NCBI RefSeq assembly: GCF_009914755.1 | Contig: NC_060926.1 | Reading direction: 5' to 3' (one strand) | Length of the DNA stretch: 64,000 nucleotides | From: the human T2T-CHM13v2.0 reference genome, Homo sapiens | Program-made: the position numbers and the translations under genes | Notes under the pieces: generated by a model | Database searches by the model: none | What the model saw: only the letters and a program-made list of their open reading frames with translations | Told to the model about the DNA's origin: nothing | Shown: piece after piece, positions 28,501 through 41,704 of the stretch | Numbering within the stretch: position 1 is the stretch's first letter | How the letters are laid out: each line of letters starts with the position of its first letter

Positions 28501-30506
28501 GGCCTTCTCACACTACTGTTTTGTAGCATCAGATTATGCATTGCCTTGCTTGGGTAAATCATTCTCCTGTATGTGTCTTAAATCTTCATGTTTCTGTCTT
28601 CAAAGGGCATTTCATATTTCTAATATGACTGGGATTTGAGGAACAAGATGTTGTTTCCAATCCATCACTTTAGGAGGTTTTAAGGGCTTCAAATAAACTA
28701 TCACTCTGACTCAGAAAAACACTAGACATTTTTTTCTTTCAGAATGAGGTCTCTTCCAACCCACTACCTATTATCAACATCCCTTTTACAGTTTATGATC
28801 CCCTTGTATCTATTTTCTGGCTTTATTTTCTATTTCTTAAAATGCATCAGCCAGGACTACATCTAATGCCTCAGAACAGATGTATGTTGCTTTTGCCAGA
28901 TAAGAACAATGTTATATGTTTGTTTACCACAGTAGTACTCTTTTTGATGATCATGGAGATTATATTGTTTTACTAAATATGGTATAGTTGGAAGATTACA
29001 TAAGTATCTTTGGCCATAAATCTCAGAACAAGGAGGTTACCGTTTTAACTGCTTAGATTAGGAACAGTTCAAGGATTATTGGAAATAAAGTAGGAAGCAC
29101 ATATCTTACCAAATGTGGTTGGTAGAAACAGTAAATATTGGCAGAATCCTGTTTGAATAGTGATGAAGGATTATTCTGTGTTTTCTATTATTCACTTCAA
29201 TGATGTTGAATTTGAGGAGGTGAAGTGGAGCCTAAATACATCTGGAAGATTTCCTTTTGCATTTGGCATTTGGGGACTGGAAGATGGTGTTGCAACAGGT
29301 ACATATTTGGAATTGTCTCAGACCTTGTGTGAAGTATGTCTCTCCCTGTTCAGTATGCATTTGGAGTGTCAAGAGTAACTAAGTACCAGTTGAGCTACAT
29401 TCCTCATGAAACAATCTTATTATGGCAAACCCAAAGACCTTAGCCCTGGTGATAATTTCCAGAGTGAAGTGTTCACAAGATGAAATGGAAAAACATCAGC
29501 AGCCCATCTTTTTCTTTGTCATCTTTGTTTATGAAAGCCTAAAAATGTGAATGAGCTTTCCTTGTTTGTGTTTCCCAAGCTTAATAAGGACATACATGGA
29601 ATTTGTCAATGTGAATTAACAATTCTATTCATGTTCTATACAAGTGGCTTTCTACTGTTTGAACAACCAGTCCCTTTTGCTGGATTTAAAGTTATTTACT
29701 TACAAAGAAACAAACTCAATTTGCTCCAATTATTAACTAAAGACCTAATGTTGATTTATGGTGCAATCTCACTTTTTAGTTCCTTATCATTTAATTAGTC
29801 TACTTTTGTACCGAATAACAGAGGGAACGTCAGGTCTTCATTTCTGATTTACTATAGCAGGATAACTTTTTTCATGCTGGTTTATGTTTGTTTTCCTAGT
29901 ATTTTGCTCACTCTATTTAGAAGAAAAAGGCCAAGCCTTACAATCGCTTGCCTCAGGGTTGTGATGCAGGACTGATTTTCCAATATCAAAGGAAAATAGG
30001 CTGCTATCCTAGACTAGGCGCTCCACAGTACTCCACTCTGACCTTCGCCTTTTAACTGTTATTTGAGAAAAACCACCACTGCCAGCACCACCAGACAGCA
30101 ACAACAACCTTAATATGTCAGGGTCCCTGGAGAACCGGGTATGGTACAGGCTGGGTATTCTCAGATGAGACACTCGCTGTTCAACTCAGATTACTCTTAG
30201 AGAAAAAGAACTTCCTGTAGAGAGAAGAACACACACCCTTTGTATAAGATAGTTCTCAGGGAGATGAAGGGACAAACTTTTGTGAACTTCAAAGTTCATT
30301 TAAAAGTAAACAATCTAATAGAACTTCCTGTCACTGGATTAGAAGGAAGTTAGGGACTTTAGACAAAAGACAAGGGACAAAAGAATTTAGGGGATTTCTT
30401 AAATTTGTAGTTTTCCCATGTTTGTTTGTTTTTTAATGTTCTTAATGTTCTTCTGCTTTCCCAAAATGATCATCAGTGATAAACATACATCAAAAAAGAT
30501 ATGTGC

Positions 30507-31183
30507 ACAGCATCCTCCCCCTTATGCCTGGGACATATGATCCAAGAGGTTTTGAAGATGCCTGAAATCCCAGATAGTACTGAGCCCCCTATACGCTATG
30601 CTTTTTCCTATACTTAGATAACTATGTTAAAGTTTAGTTTACAAATTAGGTAAGTAAGAGGTTAACAATGATAACTAATAATAAAATAGAACAATTGTAC
30701 CAATATACTACAATAAAAGTTATGTGAATAGGATCTCTCTCCCAAATATCTTACTGTACTCAACATTCTTGTGATGACGTGAGATGACAAATGCCTACGT
30801 GATGAGATGAAATGAGATGAATGATGTAGGCACTCTGATGTAGAGGTAGGCTACATTTGGATCATCTGCTTTTGGGTGATCTTGCATCATGGAGCCATGA
30901 CATTGTCGATGGTTGGATGTCAGGAGCAGATAACGTCAATGACTAATGGGCAGGCGGCACGTACAGCGTGGATACTCTGTGCAAAGGGGTGGTTCACATA
31001 GCGGGCAGGACAGAGAGAGACATCCTGAGATTTCCCCATGCTCCTCAGAATGGCACACAATTTAACACTTGTTAATTATTTCTGGAGTTTTCCATTTAAT
31101 AGTTTTGAATCGGCATTTACCACAGGTAACTCAAATTGCAAAGAACGAAATCATGGATGAGGGGTCAGGGGTGGGCTACAGTA
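30507..31183. mobile_element. Tigger7/MER44-type TcMar DNA transposon derivative
   Basis: cagcatcctcccccttat...ccaaga...atgcctgaaa...gatagtactgag start, and a degenerate inverted end atggatgagggg...ctacagta. Confidence 0.72.
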
Positions 31184-32578
31184 CTTTTCTCGGGGATCAG
31201 GTAGTGAAACTGTGCCCAGTGTTTAGACACTCTTGGGGGAAAAGTCCAAAGAATGTTGTAAAAAGAGGGACTCTCATCTGGTGAAAATTTGTTGATCCCA
31301 TGCTGTTTGACTGATCCTACAACACAAATGAGGTGGGTATTTAATTCATTCAATGTGAATTGAATGTGCAGAAATGAAATTTTTTTATTTCCCTAAAACT
31401 GATGCTCATCATGTCCATTTGTATTTGGTGCTTATCAAAGTATAAATTTCAAAAAATTAAAAACACGATTCAAATATAAAATCAACAAATGTCAAAGACT
31501 GAATTAATAATCGAGGAAACTAGAGGGATAGTAAAGCTAATTGCAAAATGCACAGGACAAGCAGAAATATTACAGTACTTGGAAAAAATACTGAAATAAG
31601 ATGATTACATTAAAATTTAAAACATTGGGTTTTACTCTTTTCTATCAGAACTTATTTATATCTCTACAGAGCAAAATTAATTTGAAATGTTATTGAACAA
31701 AAATTATTTGAATTTCTGTCAGCTTTCTACAAATCAACATTTCCTTTTTTAGAATTGTAATATACTTTAATTAATAGAAAACAGTAAGTTGAAAGAAAGC
31801 TATATACCCTTAGAGAATCAACCTGTTGTCTGTTTTCAACTTTGGGATTTTCCCTTTTAATGTGCTGATGTAATTAATTATATTTTCCCTCAAACTGGGA
31901 AGTACAGGGTAATTTCTTCTGATTTATAATTCCAATAAGGTGGTACATTGTAATATCAATTATTTTGACATTTATTTCATGCAAAATGTGAACCAGTATT
32001 GATTTAAAAAAATTTTAAGTGCATTCAGAAGTCTTAAAATAAAATGGTTAATGAAACTAAAGGCTTAATGAATTTTAAATACAAAGTGTATGAATATATT
32101 ATAAAATATAATTTAAATCATGATTTATAAAAATATAAATGCCAAACACTATCATTTTATTATAAACCAACAAAAAATTTAGAAAAACAAAGTATTAAAT
32201 CAAATACTCTAAAAGTGCTAAAAGTTTAATTAATCATAAGAAATAACATTATTCAATTTTAAATTACAAAAGAAAACAATATCTGTGAATGGTGATGTGG
32301 TTAAGTGACAAGGTTACTTTTGTGTAAATTGTTCCAGATGCTGAAAAACGCTTTTTGACTTTAGTCAGAATAGTGTGACCTCTAACTCCAATTTGAGTAT
32401 TGTGGAGGTGTAAAAGAGATGCTTTCTAAATGAGGACACCATTGTTTCATGTAAGGTTTTGAAGTGGTGCAACTACTCTCCAGGAATGTCTCAAGATGTA
32501 ATAATGTAAGATGTAAATAATACCAGTTCTACTGCCTACCCTTCAACTCTGGCTACTTTAAAGACTTTCTTCCTAATA

Positions 32579-33030
32579 TAGTAGTTCCCCCTTATCCTGG
32601 AGGGATATATTCCAAGACTCCTAGTAGATGCCTAAAATTGTGAATAGGTAGGAACCTGATTGCTGTCAGTCAGAACACATTTCTGTTCATGTCTTCTGCA
32701 CACACATTTCATGTCTTTTCCAACTTAACTAAACACTTATCACACACTGTGGTAACAACTTTCACAATTTGAAGTGAGACAGCAAAATGAGCACAAATTT
32801 CTTTTTTCTTCCCACTTTCATGGACAGAAGATTCATTTTTAATGTAGATCTTAGCAACTTCAGCATATATTTTTTGCCTTTTTTTTAAAGTCAAGAACTT
32901 TCACCTTTTCACTTAAAGGATGCACTTTATGGCTCCTCTTTGGCATATCCAATAGCCAGCATCACTACTCTTGTACTTTGGAGCCATTATTAAGTAAAAT
33001 AAGGGTTACTGGAACACAAGCACTGTGATA
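32579..33030. mobile_element. Second Tigger7/MER44-type fragment
   Basis: tagtagttcccccttatcc...ttccaagac...gatgcctaaaa; ccattattaagtaaaataagggttact. Confidence 0.72.
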
Positions 33031-34401
33031 GGTCTTCTGTATTTAAATAAGCCCTATGCCATTTCCATTATATGGTGCCCACCCTCATCTAGTATGGAAT
33101 ACTCTTTGAGGCTGCTTCCAATTAGAATTCCAGGCCCAGAGTGAAAAAAAGCTGTTTCTGCCCATAGTTCAGAGATATTTGGGCATTTTTGTCATGCAGC
33201 TTACTGTCCAACCCACCCTTCTCCCTACCTGAGTTGGAAGCAGGGCAGGGGCCTCTCTGTAAACTCACCTATGACTCACTTACCTGCTCTGCTTATTTTC
33301 AAGATTCTTTTCATACCAAAGAAGGTTTGTTATTTTTTTGTTTCCTTTTTTTGGGCTGGAAGACTGTTCTCATGTCATTTCCTGTATCATTTATATTTAA
33401 AGATTTTTAGTAAAATGATTTTCTCAGCCTTCCAGGTTTTGTTTCTTGATATTGAAAGGAAAAATTACAGAATTTTTAAAACAAAAAAAAAAAAAACAAA
33501 ACAAACTCTGTATTTCTATCTCTTGCTTGCCTCTTGAAATTGAAAATAAATTTAAGAATTTTCTTGCTGAAACTAATTTGAGGGGTCTGTTTTTGAAAGC
33601 GAAAAGCCAAACTCTAAAAACTTTATATATTCTAACTATAATAATCTTATTCTTCCCGAAGTAATGAATATCTCTAATTGAATAGGGATAAGATTTTAAA
33701 AAGATACAAGGAAGTGCCAAAAAGAAAAGCATAGTAACGTATTCAAAAGTATTACCTCACTACACAAATAGAATACAAGATTTTCTACTGACACATAAAA
33801 AAAAAAAAGAACTAGGTAACCACAAAGAATTGTTTTAAAATAGCAGTATTGAGTTCTAAGCTACTTTTCTCTCTTTTCCTTGTCCATGGAACTGCTAGAA
33901 CTCAGATGTTGAAGTCATTTTCTTCCTTGGCAGAGTTTCTGGTATGGATTCCTTATAGCTAGTGTGCATTTGCTGCTCCCCCTCACTCCACTGGTCTCTG
34001 GATTGCTGCCTGTCTACCATCTTCTATATCATACCTTGGAGTGTCATGTTGGGGTTTGCTGAGATCCCTCCATCTCTCGAAGTCCCAGGGTGTGCTTGGG
34101 CTCTTCTAGCAAATAATACTTCCCAGTAGTATTTTTGTGTGTGTGTGGTTTCTGTGTAGAGCAGTCTTTTTCATTTGCTCAGATTCTATTAATAATCCCA
34201 TGTGTCATAAGCGTTTTGTATCCTTTTTAATTTTTTGAGAAATTAGAGTAATATTCCTCATAGGCAGAGTCAGAGGACAATTCATATGGCATTTGATTGA
34301 GTCACCTCAAAGTATCACCTTGTACTGCAAAATCAACCAGTTTCCTATGTGTCAATGGAAACATCTGGATGTTCCTTTCCTGGAGCTTTGTTTTATTTTG
34401 T

Positions 34402-34403
34402 TT

Positions 34404-34469
<66 letters not shown>

Positions 34470-34502
34470 TTTCTTTCCTTCTTTCTTTCCTTCTTTCTTT
34501 CT
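34402..34502. repeat. (TTTC)n / (TTCC) microsatellite, tail of the adjacent Alu
   Basis: About 16 perfect tttc units followed by mixed units. Confidence 0.95.
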
Positions 34503-34504
34503 GT

Positions 34505-34760
34505 TTTTTTTGACATGTTCTCTAGTTCATTGCAATCTTGAACTCCTGGGTTCAAAGGATCATCCAGCCTCAGCCTCTGAAATAGCTGGGACTACAGGCG
34601 CACCACTGTGCTTGTCTAATTTTGTTTTGTTTTGTTTTTTAATAGAGATGGAGTCTCGCCATTTTGAGCAGGCTGATTTTGAACTCCTGGACTCAAGCGA
34701 CCCTCCCTCCTTGGCTTCCCAAAGTGCTGGGATTATAGGTGTAAGCTACCAAACCTGGCT
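34505..34760 (-). mobile_element. AluJ-like, diverged and partly deleted
   Basis: gaactcctgggttcaa..., gaactcctggactcaagcga...cccaaagtgctgggatta. Confidence 0.8.
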
Positions 34761-35199
34761 ACTGGAGTTTTGTAGATATCTGGCATATTCTCTGAGAGGC
34801 ATTGGTGTTGCCTTTATCCTCTTGTTTTTGGAGTTTTAGTTCTTGATTCCCTTTTTCCTCTGGAGTCCATTTACAACTTCTTCTTGGGGACCATCAGAAT
34901 CTTTCTCAAATATACCCACTGACATTTTGTCCTGACATGTTAGAATTTTGGGTGAATATACAAATTAGGAATTTCTGGAATCCAACTCAAGCTGGTTAAA
35001 TGACAGAGGGATTTATTGGCCCATAATTGGAAGCTGACATGTAAGTTGGCTCCAGGGTTGGCTTGAGTCAGCTACTCAACAGTTTCCTTTTATCTCCTCT
35101 CTGCCTCTGGCAGGGTCAGCTTCTTCTGAAGCTGGCTCTACTTTGTAGTCACAAAATAGTTGTGTCAACTCTCATAGCAATGTGGAGAAGCACATCTAT

Positions 35200-35490
35200 G
35201 GAGGAAGAAGCTTACATTCATGGCAGAAGGTGAATGGGGAGCAGGCATGTCTTACACGGCAGCAGCAGGAGCAAGAGAGTGAGTCGGGAGGTGCTACACA
35301 TTTTTAAAGGATCATATCTCAGGAAAACTCACTGTTCAGTGCAAGGACAGTATCATGGGGGATGGTGCTAAACCATTCATGAGAAATCTGCCCCCATGAT
35401 CCAATCACTTCCCACCAGACCCCACCTCCAACATTGGAGATACAATTCAACATGAGATTTGGGTGGTGACACATATGCAAACCCTATCAT
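35200..35490 (-). mobile_element. MST (ERVL-MaLR) LTR fragment
   Basis: catggcagaaggtgaa...aaaccattcatgaga...ccatgatccaatcac...caattcaacatgagatttgggtgg...aaaccctatca. Confidence 0.85.
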
Positions 35491-38400
35491 ATGACCTTTG
35501 TGTCAGGGACTAGCATATGTGCTAAAGATTCTACATACGTATTTCTGAAATGGTTCAGGGTGTCTGCCCAGCCTATTACTGCCTTTCTTTGAGAGTTTCC
35601 CTTACCAGAAGATGGACTTATTATAGCTTGTTTGTTTGATGAAGTTGATTGGATTAAGAATAGTTATTTGGTCCACATTAAGCCAATTATCTTCCCTAGG
35701 ATTTTTTTTTCACTGTATTTTAAAAATACCGTCTCTAGAAATTTTGAGGTGGGATTCAAACTAGTCAGTTTCTGCTGGTGTGTGGGAGCAGAACAGATAT
35801 ATTCCAAAATAGAACACTAGAAGCTTGGGGTGGCCATTTTTTATATGTGCACAGAGAAACAGGATGGATTGTGAGCAGAGTTAAGGTAGTATTAGGGCCC
35901 AAAGAGGCAAAGACAAAGAAAAGCGTCCTTGGTTCCTGATGACTTTCACATTCATGGTTCAGCTGCACCTTGGGCCCATTATCTGTGCAATAGGTTTTTC
36001 AAATGAGGCACAAAGATAAAGAACAATATAATAGATTCCAAGGAATAATTATCTCTCCCTACCCAATGCCTCATAAGCTAAAGTGGGGTGCTAGACTGCC
36101 TGTGCATGATTTGCTAAGGGATAATCAAGATGGTTCTGTCAGCATGGTCATGTACCCCAGCTAGTATAACAGGGAAAACTTGGAGAACAGAGGTTTTTGT
36201 GTGAACTTTGAATGGTCTCCTCTGCCCCTCCTCATGGAAATAGCAGGATGCTTTATCTAAGCTCAAGCCAATGTGTAGGGCTTCATGGGGACTGTGAGGA
36301 GATTTTGATATCTGTATCCTGGAGATTAATGGACATAGTCAGTAGTGTTTAACTTAAGTCTGAAAAGTCTAAAGTCAAGGGATATAAAAGGAATCCACTG
36401 GGGCACTGGGAGTAGGCTGCACTTCCACTCAAATTGGCTCCTGGTTAAAAAAAAAAAAAAAGAAAGAGAGACCCTCTCCTCCCCTAACCCTGCAAAAGAG
36501 AGTTGACCTGGGGTTATCTTAAAACAGAAACTCTTAAATGACTACCTCAGTGGGTTGTATACATGAAAAAATGGTGTGTTACTGGGTGCTCAAAATGGAG
36601 CTATCCAGAAGAAGGCATTGCCAAGGTCAAAGAAACTACATTGCAGATCTTGAGTGAGAAGCTCTGAAGAAGCAACAAAAGTGTCCAACCAAGAAAGACT
36701 CAGCAATGCATCTGCTGTCCAGAGAGCATGAAAGCCACATTTTATCAGCTGCATAACCCAGCTCCTTCCTCTGGTCCCTCTTTCCTTAGTCTGACTTTGG
36801 AGAAGCCAGAGCCGTGGCTTACACAGTGTGGGAGGAGGCAGAGTTAGGAACTTCTTAAGAAACCAGCCACATCCCCACCCCACCTTCAGCCTCCATTCTG
36901 GGAATGAGGAAAGCTTGACACTGAATAAGAATTTAGATATTCTATTTCTTTACTGAACTGAACTCTAGCTTGGGTATTATTAGAGTAGCTGATATGTTTA
37001 ATGCCAAAACATTACCTAAGAATGAATACACCAACTATGGACTTTATCTATAGTTTTATCTTTAATAGTGAGAAATAATACATCATTTTCTTTTCACATT
37101 TTATCACTGATGGAGGTATCACATAATCATATTAATGTATCTGCAGGATAGATGTTATCTTAGTAGGAATTATTTTCTTCCCTCTGTAATTAAGGAAACT
37201 GAAGCTCACAGAGTTTAAGTAAGTTTCCTAAGGTCCCACAACCAACAGTCAAAAGAACAAGGCTATGAAACATGAATGTTTCAGTCAAACAGTCATTCCC
37301 TTCCTGCACGCTGCACTGAACCTCAAGGACCAACAAAGAACTTGAGAATTCAAAGTGGGCAAGATTTTATCTAATTTGGGGAAACAAGGAGTGTTCATGC
37401 AAGGGGAATGGTTCATGAAATGGACTTTCAGGATGAATAGGTTTTTAGCAAACAGAGATGAGAGGAAAATAATTCTAGGACAGAAGTGACTAAACTAAGA
37501 AACTGAGGCTGGATAGGGTGTAGTCTACAAACTGTGGTAGTCTAATCTGGATACGTATAAGGTCGAGGAAGGGTTAGGGAAAGAGAAGTCTGGAAACACT
37601 GTGGGGCAATAGAATGGTAATTCTTTACTTTTTACCTTACTCCCTCTTCTGCAACTGCCTCTTATTCTTTGAGAAAAAAAGGAAGATATACTTTTCATAT
37701 GATTTGGAAAGCAGAGATTATGTGCTAACATCTCACTTGGTATAGGGAAAAACTGCAAGAATTTTTTAGAGAGGTGGACCTAGTTTCAAATCCATTACTA
37801 CTATAAGAATATACTATTTCTGAAACTCAATTTCCTTGTCTGTAGAGCAAAAAAATTACTCCATAGTACCACAGTGGAGGATAAATAAAATAAGATGAAT
37901 ATGATACACAATTATAAAATAACTGTGTGACCTTAAGCAAATTACAAATGTCATGTCTCTGTTCCTCAGTTTGCCCACCCCATTGTGTTGTCAATGACAT
38001 GTTATATCACTGTTTGAAGGACTTTACAGCAAAAAAAGGTATTCTTATAAATGCTCAGTAGATGTCAAGCTTAATTTTGTATGTGTCCAAAATTAAACCT
38101 TTACATTTTAGTTACATAAAAAGGTCCTTTAAGTGAGGGTAAGAGAACATTTAAACTGAAAGTTATATATACTAGGCCTGAAATTTTTAATGGCCTTATT
38201 TAAAATGAATATAAAGGTACTTAAGGAAGGTAGCAGTTGTAGGCTTTCTTTTCTTAGGAAATCAATACTCATAAAACTCAAGGTTGGAAATGAGAATTAA
38301 AAACCACAGTGAGTTTATTTTAAAACATGTAGTCTGTCATCTTTATTTTCCCTTTGGATTACATAGTGTTTATACCCTGAGGTCTATTTATGTTGCTGCA

Positions 38401-38787
38401 ACTCTTTCACTGACTTTGAAGTGAACTTTGTATGGTGCTAGAATCAGAGCACTAGGGCTTAGAGATCATGTATTCCAACCCTCTCATTTAAAAAGAGTAA
38501 ATTAAGGTAAGAGAGTAAAGCGAATTTCCCTGATATCTTTGTTTCCTCTGAGATGTAAAAATCTCTGTTGTTCTTAACCACCAGGCTAAGTTCAGTGACA
38601 GCAAGAGTCATCCTAGTTCAGCCCCTAACATGGCCCCTGATCCTCCCCTTAACCTAGACAGTGCCTGGCACTTAGCAGACACTCCACTTATAGTTCTGGA
38701 AAAAAAGCACTTATCTCTGAGCAAAGTCTTTTACTCTCATTAGAAACTCTCTGGCATTCCTGGTATGGCTTAGGAGACTAATCACTG

Positions 38788-38791
38788 ATAA

Positions 38792-38831
<40 letters not shown>

Positions 38832-38834
38832 AAA
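38788..38834. repeat. (AAAT)n microsatellite
   Basis: Read directly, about 10 units. Confidence 0.95.
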
Positions 38835-38935
38835 TTCCTGCTGTTCTTCTCCCAAATACATGCCTCATGGAGTTGCCTGCAGGAGAAAGAGTTCCACAGC
38901 AAATCAATACCTGCAATTTAAAGGATTCTACTCTT

Positions 38936-39253
38936 GCCAGGTGTGATGGCTCATGCTTGTAATCCCAGCACTTTGGGAGGCTGGGGTAGGAGGATTGCTT
39001 GGGGCCAGGAATTTGAAACCATCCTGGTCAATATAGCAAGACCCCGTCTTTACAAAAAAATTAAAAATTTAGCTAGGCGTGGTGTTGCCCACCTGTAGTC
39101 CCAGCTACTCAGGTGGCTGAGGCATGAGGATTGCTTGAGGGATTGCTTGAGCCTGGGAGGTCAAGGCGGAAGTGAGCTGTGATCGCACCACTGTACTCCA
39201 GGCTGGGTGACAGGGTGAGAGGCTCTCTCAAAAACAAACAAACACACAAAAAC
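38936..39253 (+). mobile_element. AluJ with a small internal tandem duplication
   Basis: ggattgcttgag repeated at ~39128-39151; TSD-like aggattcta(c/t)tcttg on both sides. Confidence 0.88.
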
Positions 39254-40004
39254 GAGGATTCTATTCTTGTAACTTCAAACCAATAAAAATAAGGATTCTA
39301 CTCTTATAACTTCTCACCAGCAGATTCATTTAAAACCATTATTTCTTCTGTCCAGAGCATCCTAATACATGCAACTGCTCTCATCCAACTGGCAAGCACA
39401 CAGATTTACTAGCAAAGTTTAGTACCTGTTGGTCAGAAGACTGCCTATTTCTTCTGGGTATCTCTTCAATGTTCCAGGAAACAAATTTCATTTATTCTTA
39501 TAAGTCTGACTGTCCCAGACAAAGTTACTGTATGTACAAAAATCTGTGTATTTCTTTTGGTGTGATTCAGATGCAAGCAGAAATGAATTTTATTCATATT
39601 GTTATCTTTAAGACTGTGTGGGTTGGAGAAGGATTCATAGACAACAAAACAGGAAAAGATTAAGTCAAACAAAACAACTTAGTGGTTTTGTAATTTTGGA
39701 GGCTTTTGTCTGAAGGGAGATAGCTAAAGCTTGACAAAGGCTTCCTATGTGTGAGTAGAAGAGACAGCTCTTTTCCCTCTTCATTGGGGCAAGCACCATA
39801 GTAATTAGATTTAAAGGACACCAATAGACTTTTTTATTAGAACCAGATAACTTTCTGGTGTTTCTCAAATGAGAGAAAGGCACCTCCATGGAATGTCTTT
39901 CATCCGTTTTCAAATTCTACCAAGCCCAGTTCTTCTGCAAACTTCACCTAATGTATGTGTGATCTACAGCTGTGGTTTACAAACTGAATTCAGGTGGCCA
40001 GGCA

Positions 40005-40048
40005 GGGACCCCTCCCCCCGCGCCCCACTACCCGCTAACCGCCTCCCG

Positions 40049-40084
<36 letters not shown>

Positions 40085-40225
40085 CGCGCGCGCGCACACA
40101 CACACACCCCACCCCACCACCCCGACCTCCACATACATTCCCCCGACCCCCTCCAGCAGTGAAGTCTAAGAGCACCGCGAAGTAATTTAAATTTTCGAGG
40201 GAAAGCACAGCGCCATCTGTCGGAC
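40005..40225. promoter_or_regulatory. Small CpG/C-rich element with (CA)n(CG)n(CA)n and a CTCF-like motif; candidate promoter or insulator
   Basis: Local CpG cluster in AT-rich surroundings; GC-box/KLF-like cgcccc, ccacccc; - strand CCGACAGATGGCGCTG at ~40208-40223. Confidence 0.55.
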
Positions 40226-41704
40226 ATCATGCCAATTACTCTTGTTAAGTTCCTACCTGACGGTTACTTTATACTTTGAACTGCTAGGTACTCCTTTTGG
40301 CCTAAGGACACAGTGAAAAATGTACCGAGACCTTGGAGAGCCACGAACCAAGAAACTTCAGAAACCTCTGATATCTGATCAAGAGTTAAGAGACGTCAGA
40401 ATCATCACAACTGACAAAAGGTTAGGAAAAAATTCTAAACATTTCTATTTCCTACAGACTTCCCCATTATATTTTTGGCTGCCTAAACAGAAACAGACTT
40501 CCATGATCAGGAGCTGGGCTCTGGCAGTTAACATTTTATTGCCATTTTACTGGTTATGAACTCTTTCTATGATATCTTCGTATCTATATGAATAGATAGG
40601 TGATATGTATCAGTATGTATGTGTTTAAAGAGAGATTTTTTTTCCCTAGGCATGTCTCCATACATAAATATTTTTAAAAGTTAAAAACATGGGTTCCATG
40701 TTTCGAAATGGCTAGGACAGGAGCTGTGGAGTTCTCAAATCCTAATTGAGGGCTGTCTCAGGGAAAGGTGCTGATACAAAAATCAGTCTCATCCTAGGTG
40801 ACCTCTGTCAGCTTTATAAGCTCTTTGATGACTTATTAGTCCATTTATAAAACAAAGAGAATAATACAGATGTTATTGAGGTTCGTGTTTATAAAATATT
40901 CTAAGATGGCCAGATGAAAAGTGTGACTCACAGGAAATGCCAAATCTGAAATAAATCATCCTTCTGAGTCACAACAAATACCTTTCAATGTGATGGAAAC
41001 TTGATATTTGAAAACTCCCTTGATTAGATTCCTGTTTTCATCAGCTGTACTTTTCCTATGAAATTTGTTTACATATTTCTTTCCTCTTTACCATGCTTTC
41101 AAATTGGTTGACATTTATAACTTGAAAGAGGACCATTGAAAAATTACTTAAGGGAGACCAGCACAAATACAATTTTTTTTTCCACCAGGGAAAGGCCATG
41201 TGCGTGTGTTTAAATGTAATTATCGTTTCCCTTTTGATTTTTGTCAATCAAGGAAATAGTGTTACTAAAATGTCTGATTGTTTTATCTCATCACTACCAA
41301 CAAAAACTGTTCCATTACAGTCTGTGAGGCTTTCTATTTTAGAGTGTTTTCTAGGCAATATGTGGTAATTCAAAGAGATCAAAGTAAATGTCTCCACCTC
41401 AATTCATACAAGCCTTGATAATAATATATTTTCAAAACTTGTCCATTCTAAAGTAACATTTGTCTACTAAGCCCTTTTTTGGGGGAAATTTAAATTAGTG
41501 GGAGGAGCTTATACACTATCTTTTTCATAAATAACACTTTTCTTGATTATTAAGAAGTAAATAAAATGATCTTCAATTCTAGCACACAGAGATAAGCGCC
41601 ATTGAAATGTTGGTGTGCTTTGGTCTAGTCTTTTGTCTATGCATGTTTTAATATTATATACTTTTTAAATTTTATTAATCTCATTTTGTGTTACAGTTTC
41701 TTTT

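Noticed and set aside
34293-34839. ORFs with FFLS/KKER repeats (likewise 53334..53816)
   Set aside because: Translations of TTTC microsatellites and Alu sequence.
39869-40230. HT/CV-repeat ORFs
   Set aside because: Products of the (CA)n repeat.
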